DNA of 64,000 nucleotides from Planctomycetota bacterium (GTDB taxonomy: Bacteria; Planctomycetota; SZUA-567; H5-PLA8): NCBI GenBank assembly GCA_038227875.1, contig JBBRPR010000019.1, forward strand, positions 1-64,000. The letters are read 5' to 3'. This document shows positions 57,799 through 64,000 of the stretch, one piece after another (positions within the stretch are counted from its first letter, which is position 1; each line of letters begins with the position of its first letter). The notes under the pieces are model-generated. The model was not told the origin of the DNA. It did no database searches and saw only the letters and a program-made list of their open reading frames with translations. Position numbers and translations under genes: made by a program.

Positions 57799-59022
57799 TT
57801 ACTGCTTCGCGTTGTCGCTTGCCACTGCCGTCACCGCGGCTTTCGCGCGCTTCCATTCGGCGTCCCATTCGGCTTCGTAACCCTTGGTCCATTGAGACTT
57901 CGTCAGGTTCTCGTACAGGACGATGGAATCCGGAATGTGTTCGGTTGTATTTTCCAGAGTCAGCGTGCGGTAGTAGTGCCAGTAGTAATCCAGGATCGTT
58001 TCAATCTGCGTCTTTGAAAGGCTGGGATCGAAAACGAGCGTCATGGATGCGTAAACTGACTTATCAAACGCCATTGGCGCTTCCAGCTTGAAGTTCTGGA
58101 TTGCCGTCGACGGATTGATCGCGATGGAATTACTGAGCACCGCCGGCATTTTTGCGAAGACCACTTCTGGCTGCAGTTGCGGGCGCATCTGATCGAACGC
58201 CTGAGCGCTGGGCGGCACGTTGAGGTGAATTCTCATATAAGCCGTGGTCGGCGCGTGGACGGTAATCATTAAAGGCGCCAATCCAGACACTGCCACTAAA
58301 ATGCCGGAGAGGAACAACGCTTTGAGTGTGAAGCGCTGCTTCAAAGCGAGAATCGCCACCATGGCCAGTAACGCTGCGTAGATGAACTGTGAGCTCACTC
58401 CCCGGCGGACGGCGTCGCCGATGGTGCTGATGTTTTCGTAGTGATTGAGGTGGACGTCCAGTTCGCAGAAGACGATGTTCTTCTCGCCGTTCCGCAACCG
58501 GTGCAACTCGTACTGACCGTCGTAAACCATATGCGCCGCCAACGCGAGTAACAGCACGCAGCCCAAAACCACCGCAGCTCTGCGGCGGGTAAATTTGACG
58601 GTCGGGGCTAAGAGGGGTTTCGATTCGAAAGCAGGTGCTGCGCCTTTTCGTGTGCGACGCACGATCCGTTCGCACGCCAATACGGCCACGACGGCAAGCG
58701 CCAACCCCACGCCCACATCGGCCGCCAGCGGACCCCATTCAGTGGGAGTCTCGTCGAAGTCGCTGCTGTAGCCGCCGATTTTCTTGTTGTCGGTCAAGTC
58801 CACTTCCAAACGACTGCGATGCTGCCACGCCCAAGGCCAGCCCAGACCGCTTTCGCGCAGAGCGTGAGTGACGCCGGAACGCGTCATGACCTTCTCGGAA
58901 ATGACGCGCATCGTGAGGTTGCCCCAGGCGAACGCAGCCACGACGCAGCCCAGTACGAGCAACGACTGGAGGCTCAGCTGGTAGTGGTGTCGCGCGGAAG
59001 TTTCGTCGGTTTGCCCCATCAT
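57799..59022 (-). CDS. Hypothetical membrane protein
   Basis: Several TM segments, YQLSLQSLL and GWPW motifs; start uncertain. Confidence 0.6.
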   Translation of the reverse strand: MMGQTDETSARHHYQLSLQSLLVLGCVVAAFAWGNLTMRVISEKVMTRSGVTHALRESGLGWPWAWQHRSRLEVDLTDNKKIGGYSSDFDETPTEWGPLAADVGVGLALAVVAVLACERIVRRTRKGAAPAFESKPLLAPTVKFTRRRAAVVLGCVLLLALAAHMVYDGQYELHRLRNGEKNIVFCELDVHLNHYENISTIGDAVRRGVSSQFIYAALLAMVAILALKQRFTLKALFLSGILVAVSGLAPLMITVHAPTTAYMRIHLNVPPSAQAFDQMRPQLQPEVVFAKMPAVLSNSIAINPSTAIQNFKLEAPMAFDKSVYASMTLVFDPSLSKTQIETILDYYWHYYRTLTLENTTEHIPDSIVLYENLTKSQWTKGYEAEWDAEWKRAKAAVTAVASDNAKQ

Positions 59023-59151
59023 TGATGCAATCTCCCGAGTATTGGACACTTTACCTCAGCGCAGAGAGGACGGAAACGAGGGAGAAAATTTTTTTACCTA
59101 TACGAATCGACTTAAGCTGTGCGTATCCCGCGAAGCGTTCCATTGCGAGGG

Positions 59152-59838
59152 ATGAGAAAAACGGAGATAATGCGCCACATCCAATCGCACGAATGCAGAA
59201 TGAGGGACGACGGGAAAATGGCATTGCATGAGAAACTGGCTCGCTATTCTTCCGAAGGAAACATCTACCGTTTTAATAAGATACTCAACTTCGCGGCTAA
59301 AGACCTGTCCGGGCTGGATTCGACCGATTGGCAGGTCGAACACATACGCGTAAACAAAGTTACAGATCGTGAACGATTCTTTACGCTGCTCGACGCCTAT
59401 CCCGTAGAACAAATCATGACCGTCAGCGGGCATGCTTGCGGTGTCACCTTCACCGCCATATTTCCGATGAGTGTCGGCTTGTTGCTGCCGTATCGAATCG
59501 AGATTCTCCTCAACGCTTCTATCGACGGAAGTGCCATTTTCCGTCGAGGATTCTTCTGGCCGTGGTGGGATCTTGTTCCGCAAAATGAAACGAGGCTGGA
59601 GCAATTGAGGCAACTTAGCTTGCCAGGCGTGAATCTTAGGCATACATGGGGCGGTTATAAATACGTGTTGAAAGTTGGACATGAGATCGTACCTGTTGCC
59701 AACGATCCAACTCTAAGTAGGTGGACTGTGCACTCTGGATTCCAAGGGTTTGTGATCGGCGTAGGACCTCGCATTGCCAAATACGTGAAGGCAGCGGGAC
59801 GGCTTGAGACACTGTTGAAGGCATGGAGCAAAAATTGA
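59152..59838 (+). CDS. Hypothetical protein, lower GC / atypical codon usage
   Basis: Open ~230-codon frame rich in A/T-ending codons; start uncertain; no recognised motif. Confidence 0.5.
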   Translation: MRKTEIMRHIQSHECRMRDDGKMALHEKLARYSSEGNIYRFNKILNFAAKDLSGLDSTDWQVEHIRVNKVTDRERFFTLLDAYPVEQIMTVSGHACGVTFTAIFPMSVGLLLPYRIEILLNASIDGSAIFRRGFFWPWWDLVPQNETRLEQLRQLSLPGVNLRHTWGGYKYVLKVGHEIVPVANDPTLSRWTVHSGFQGFVIGVGPRIAKYVKAAGRLETLLKAWSKN

Positions 59839-59884
59839 GTTCAGCACCTCACCGTGGCGCCCCCCACGTTTTGCCAACTCTGCC

Positions 59885-59913
59885 TTGCACCGCGCCGGAC
59901 TTGCCGTTATAAG
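59885..59913 (+). promoter_or_regulatory. Sigma70-like promoter upstream of ffh
   Basis: TTGCAC-17 nt-TATAAG. Confidence 0.55.
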
Positions 59914-60032
59914 GGTCCGTTCTGTCGCATTCCGTTACGCTTAAGGGGATGGCGTGGCGGTGGTTGCGGCTTTTTTTGTTTTGACCTTTATTCCGTCTTC
60001 ACGCGGATGTTGTTGCTGTCGGGGGAGAGTAC

Positions 60033-61457
60033 GTGTTCGAAAGTTTGACCAACTCGCTCGGCACCTTCTTCAACAAGGTCCGAGGCAAAGGCCGGAAACT
60101 CACCGAAGCCGATGTTAAAGAAGGCCTCCGCACCGTCCGCATGGCGCTGCTGGAAGCCGACGTCGCATTGCCGGTGGTCAAGGCGTTCATCGAAAAAGTC
60201 ACGGCCAAGGCCATCGGTTCCGATGTCCTGACGGCCGTCGAACCGTCGCAGCAGCTCGTCAAAGTCGTCCACGACGAACTCATCCAGTTGATGGGCCCCG
60301 TCGACGCGCGCGTGAATTACAAGACCGCCGAAGGCGCGACGACAATCATTCTCATGGCCGGTCTGCAGGGATCCGGAAAGACCACGACCTGCGGCAAGCT
60401 GGCGATGTACCTCAAGAGCAAGGGCAAGCGTCCGCTGCTGGTCGCCGCCGACTTGCAGCGCCCGGCCGCGATCGAACAGTTGAAAGTGCTCGGCGAGAGC
60501 CTTGAGACGCCGGTCTTCAACGAGCCAGGTCTCGCGCCGCCGGAACTGTGCGCCAAAGCCATCGCCTACGCCAAGGCCAATAACCGCGACGTCGTGATCC
60601 TTGACACCGCCGGCCGTCTGCAGATCGACGAGCCGCTGATGAACGAGCTGGCCGAAGTTCAGAAAGTCACGCAGCCGGACGAAGTGTTCCTCGTCGTCGA
60701 CAGCATGGTCGGCCAGGACGCGGTGAATTCGGCCAAGGTCTTCAACGAAAAGCTGCCGATCACCGGCGTGATCCTGACCAAGCTCGACGGCGATTCACGC
60801 GGCGGCGCGGCGCTCTCGGTCAAGCACATCACCGGCAAGCCGATCAAGTTCGTCGGCGTCGGCGAAAAGCTCGGCGCGCTCGAAGAATTCCACCCCGAAC
60901 GCATGGCCACGCGCATCCTCGGGATGGGTGACATCGTCAGCCTCGTCGAAAAGGCGCAGGCGGTCATCAACAAGGACGAAGCGGCGGCGTTCCAGGAGAA
61001 AATGGTCAAGGACACCTTGACCCTCGACGACTTCCTGACGCAGCTCCGCGCCGTCAAGAAGATGGGTTCGTTCAAGGACCTGCTGGGCATGATCCCCGGG
61101 TTCGCGCAGTTGAAGGAACTCGATGGCTCCGATGAACAGTTCGGCACGGTCGAAGCGGTGATCTGCTCGATGACGCAGGAAGAGCGGCGCAACCCGCAGA
61201 TCATCGGAGCCAGCCGCAAGAAGCGCATCGCGGCGGGATCCGGCACGACGGTCAACGACGTCGCGCATCTGCTCAAGGAATTCGAAAACGTCACCAAGCA
61301 TCTGTCCAGTTTCACGAAAGCCGCCAAGTTCGTCGACCGCATGGTCCCCGGCGCCGCCGGCCCGGGCGGGGTGAAGACGCTCAGCGCCGACGAACGGAAA
61401 GCGATCAAGAAACGCCGCAAGCAGGAGAAGGCGAACAAGAAAAAGAACAGAAGATAA
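60033..61457 (+). CDS. ffh: Signal recognition particle protein
   Basis: ALLEADV, GLQGSGKTTT, DTAGR, TKLDGDSRGG, FHPERMATRILGMGD, SMTQEER. Confidence 0.97.
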   Translation: MFESLTNSLGTFFNKVRGKGRKLTEADVKEGLRTVRMALLEADVALPVVKAFIEKVTAKAIGSDVLTAVEPSQQLVKVVHDELIQLMGPVDARVNYKTAEGATTIILMAGLQGSGKTTTCGKLAMYLKSKGKRPLLVAADLQRPAAIEQLKVLGESLETPVFNEPGLAPPELCAKAIAYAKANNRDVVILDTAGRLQIDEPLMNELAEVQKVTQPDEVFLVVDSMVGQDAVNSAKVFNEKLPITGVILTKLDGDSRGGAALSVKHITGKPIKFVGVGEKLGALEEFHPERMATRILGMGDIVSLVEKAQAVINKDEAAAFQEKMVKDTLTLDDFLTQLRAVKKMGSFKDLLGMIPGFAQLKELDGSDEQFGTVEAVICSMTQEERRNPQIIGASRKKRIAAGSGTTVNDVAHLLKEFENVTKHLSSFTKAAKFVDRMVPGAAGPGGVKTLSADERKAIKKRRKQEKANKKKNRR

Positions 61458-61529
61458 TTATGAACGATGATTGATGAATTATGAATCCGGGCCGTTCATT
61501 CATAGTTCATCAATCATCATTCATGATTA
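61455..61529. repeat. Heptamer-built 32-bp imperfect inverted repeat after ffh
   Basis: taattatgaacgatgattgatgaattatgaat / attcatagttcatcaatcatcattcatgatta. Confidence 0.8.
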
Positions 61530-61535
61530 GTAGTT

Positions 61536-61637
61536 TTCCGGACTCTCCCGTCCGAGCGTTGCACCGGAACTTACTCCGGGCGCTGAACTGGGAGTAAGAA
61601 AGACCTTCGGGTCTAGGCGGGCAAAGAGTGCCGGCCT
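61536..61637 (+). promoter_or_regulatory. Candidate structured leader upstream of rpsP
   Basis: Four abutting stems: ttccgg/ccggaa, cttactcc/ggagtaag, agacc-TTCG-ggtct, aggcgggca/tgccggcct. Confidence 0.5.
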
Positions 61638-61659
61638 GTTGTGAAAGGGGAAATGCCGA

Positions 61660-61971
61660 GTGGTAAAGATCCGTTTACAGAAATTGGGAAGACGCAACCG
61701 TGCGTACTTCCGCATCGTGGTGGCTGACGTGCGGGTGAAGCGCCAGGGCGCCTACCTCGAGAAGCTGGGCACGTACGATCCGATCGAACCGCTGCCGGAG
61801 AAGGCCGTCGTGGTCAATCTCGAGCGCGTGAAGCATTGGACCGCACTGGGCGCCCAGCCGTCGGAAGCCGTGATCAATCTGCTCCGCAAGCGCGGCCTGC
61901 AGTACAACAACAAGCCGACGCCGAAGCCCAAGAAGAAGAAGGAAAAGAAGCCCCTGCCGGCTAAGAAGTAA
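61660..61971 (+). CDS. rpsP: 30S ribosomal protein S16
   Basis: VKIRLQKLGRRNRAYFRIVVAD...LGTYDP...GAQPS. Confidence 0.96.
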   Translation: MVKIRLQKLGRRNRAYFRIVVADVRVKRQGAYLEKLGTYDPIEPLPEKAVVVNLERVKHWTALGAQPSEAVINLLRKRGLQYNNKPTPKPKKKKEKKPLPAKK

Positions 61972-61998
61972 CGCCGCAGCGGGACTTCGCGAGCGTCC

Positions 61999-62694
61999 AT
62001 GCGCATCGACATCATTACGCTCTTTCCCGGGATGTTTACGGGAGTGCTCAACGAGTCGATGCTGAAGATCGCGCAGGAGAAGGGCCTCTTAAAGCCCGTC
62101 GTGACCAACCTGCGGGACTTCACGACCGACCGGCACAGAACCGTCGACGACCGGCCCTACGGGGGCGGACCGGGGATGGTGATGAAGCCGGAACCGGTGG
62201 CCGCGGCAGTCCGCGCGGTCCGCGATCAGGAACCTGCTGATCCGGGACGGCTGGTGATGATGTGTCCGCGAGGACGGGTCTTCAACCAGCAGCACGCACG
62301 CGAATTATCGTCCGCCTCCCGGCTGATCTTTGTCGCGGGGCATTACGAAGGGTACGACGAGCGCATCATCGATGTGCTCCAGCCGGAACTGCTGTCGATC
62401 GGCGATTATGTTCTTACCGGCGGTGAACTGCCGGCGCTGGTGGTGATCGACGCGGTGGTGCGGCTGCTGCCGGGTGTGCTTGGCGACTCTGAATCGGTGG
62501 TCAGCGAATCGTTCGCTCCTGCCAATGACGGATTGCTGGAGTATCCGCAGTACACGCGCCCGGCGGTGTTTGAAGGCCTGGCGGTGCCGGACGTGCTGGT
62601 CAGCGGCGATCATGCAAAGATCGCAGCCTGGCGGCGCGAACAGGCGCGCAAGATGACCGAAGAACACCGGCCGGACCTGCTGAATGAAACTTGA
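61999..62694 (+). CDS. trmD: tRNA (guanine-N1)-methyltransferase
   Basis: VDDRPYGGGPGMV, GHYEGYDER, SIGDYVLTGGE, LEYPQYTRP. Confidence 0.97.
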   Translation: MRIDIITLFPGMFTGVLNESMLKIAQEKGLLKPVVTNLRDFTTDRHRTVDDRPYGGGPGMVMKPEPVAAAVRAVRDQEPADPGRLVMMCPRGRVFNQQHARELSSASRLIFVAGHYEGYDERIIDVLQPELLSIGDYVLTGGELPALVVIDAVVRLLPGVLGDSESVVSESFAPANDGLLEYPQYTRPAVFEGLAVPDVLVSGDHAKIAAWRREQARKMTEEHRPDLLNET

Positions 62695-62750
62695 ACTGGA
62701 AGCTTAAAAAAGCACTCGCAAGACCTGAAGAAAGAAAGGGACTGATAATC

Positions 62751-63197
62751 ATGGCCAAGAAAGACTACATGGAACTGGTGGCGCAGACGGGAATGAAGAA
62801 CGACCGCGTCCGCTCCTTCCGCATCGGCGACACTGTCGACGTCCACGTCAAGATCACCGAAGGCGAAAAGGAACGCATTCAGATCTTCACCGGCATCGTC
62901 ATCGCCCGCCGCGGCAGCAAGCTCAACGAATCGTTCACGGTGCGCCGCCTCGTCGGCACCGAAGGCGTGGAACGCGTCTTCCCGCTGCACAGCCCGATGA
63001 TCGACAAGGTCGACATCAAGAAGAGCGGCAAGGTGCGTCGCGCGAAGCTCTACTACCTGCGCGACCGCGTCGGTAAGGCCACGCGCCTGGCCGAGAACAT
63101 CGAAGGCGGCATCAAGCCCCGCGCCGCCGGTTCGGTTCCCGCCAAGCAGGAAAAGAAGAACAAGGAAAAAGAAGAGGCTGCGCCGGCCAAGGCGTAA
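62751..63197 (+). CDS. rplS: 50S ribosomal protein L19
   Basis: FRIGDTV...EGEKERIQIFTG...FTVRR...GVERVFP...GKVRRAKLYYLR. Confidence 0.97.
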   Translation: MAKKDYMELVAQTGMKNDRVRSFRIGDTVDVHVKITEGEKERIQIFTGIVIARRGSKLNESFTVRRLVGTEGVERVFPLHSPMIDKVDIKKSGKVRRAKLYYLRDRVGKATRLAENIEGGIKPRAAGSVPAKQEKKNKEKEEAAPAKA

Positions 63198-63209
63198 GCT
63201 GCTGCTCTG

Positions 63210-63285
63210 CTGCAGGCGGGACGTCTGCGCTACAATTGATCCGCTCTGTCGGATGAAAATTGTGGCGCAGGCGTCCCGCCTGCAG
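63210..63285. repeat. Inverted REP-like doublet (second copy)
   Basis: ctgcaggcgggacgtctgcgctacaatt / aattgtggcgcaggcgtcccgcctgcag. Confidence 0.85.
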
Positions 63286-63328
63286 GTTTTATTTTATCCC
63301 AGTTCCATTCCCGCTCGGGAACCGACCG

Positions 63329-63835
63329 ATGCGCCTCCGTCACGTTCTACTCCTGGGATCCGGCGCTGGCGCGATGGGCGCATTATTGCTCGCCGCCGAC
63401 ATTCATCGCCGCGTGCAGGAAGCGCAGCGCGATTCGGTGCTCGGCACCGTGGCGACCGGCGCAGATTCCGTCATTCATTTCGGCGACGCCCACACCCTGG
63501 GGCTACTGGCACTGGCGTTCCTGTTCATCGCGATGTTCCTGATGGTGATCTCCGAACCGCTGCGCAAGAGCGCTCCGGAAACGCTGCCGGTTGCGGCTGC
63601 GATCCCTGCTTCAGTACCTGTACCCGTTTCAGTTGCCACGCTCGTTTCCAATTCGGTTCCTGAGCGACCTGCTGAAACGCCGAAGCCCGTTGAACGTGTT
63701 GCGCCTGCGATTGCTGAACCTGCCGCGGCCGCTCCCGCTGAATCTCCGGCCGCGCTGTCCGCTCCCGAAACTCCAGCAGCAGTGCCTCAAATCAGTGAAA
63801 CTAAAGAGACACCGGCCAAACCAGACGCCGTGTGA
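63329..63835 (+). CDS. Hypothetical membrane protein with Pro/Ala-rich tail
   Basis: Two hydrophobic segments followed by a low-complexity PAE-rich region. Confidence 0.55.
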   Translation: MRLRHVLLLGSGAGAMGALLLAADIHRRVQEAQRDSVLGTVATGADSVIHFGDAHTLGLLALAFLFIAMFLMVISEPLRKSAPETLPVAAAIPASVPVPVSVATLVSNSVPERPAETPKPVERVAPAIAEPAAAAPAESPAALSAPETPAAVPQISETKETPAKPDAV

Positions 63836-64000
63836 AGACGGCATGACGATTGGTTGAAGAATCCCGGTCTGCATCACGATCGCGAGTGGTCAGTCGCGGT
63901 AGATTATCAGTAAGTCGTTTTTGCCGCTGCACTTGTGCGGTCGAACTTTACTGATATTAGTATTTCTAATAGTGAGTATATTGTTAAATTTAGCGTGAAT

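Noticed and set aside
59840..61660. SRP RNA next to ffh
   Set aside because: No helix-8 motif (GGAA tetraloop with CAGG/AGCA internal loop) seen in either flanking spacer
63880..64000. AT-rich right edge as an island boundary
   Set aside because: Too short to tell apart from an ordinary promoter region

Overview
GC-rich bacterial chromosome segment. A PVC/Planctomycetota origin is inferred, not proven, from an ECF sigma factor with a membrane-anchored extension, a MoxR/vWA cluster and ffh-rpsP-trmD-rplS without rimM. In order it holds: a structured non-coding element (~230-575); gnd-zwf; a ~18.5 kb MoxR/vWA (Bat-like) cluster (DUF58, membrane protein, two vWA proteins, TPR-propeller-PA14 protein, two tandem MoxR ATPases, a large GH20-like protein lacking the catalytic DE pair); an extended ECF sigma; paired TPR paralogs; a cupin/AraC pair; a vanadium haloperoxidase; queA; two sugar epimerases; a UGA-containing SelW/Rdx selenoprotein gene missed by the ORF track; pilMNOPQ; DUF2344-rne-rplU; an FHA-GAF adenylate cyclase; a PLP trans-sulfuration enzyme; several secreted proteins; and ffh-rpsP-trmD-rplS. 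Top observations: (1) a 30-aa PilQ secretin segment recurs, 27/30 identical but heavily recoded, in an unrelated exported metal-binding protein 14.5 kb away; (2) a probable 511-nt same-strand dual-coding overlap between DUF2344 and RNase E; (3) complementary motif degeneration in the two MoxR ATPases, suggesting a heteromeric ring; (4) the CxxU selenoprotein with a SECIS-like hairpin; (5) unannotated structured elements and AATT-centred palindromes. No tRNA, rRNA, CRISPR array or transposase was seen. All family calls come from motif recognition by eye; no searches were run.
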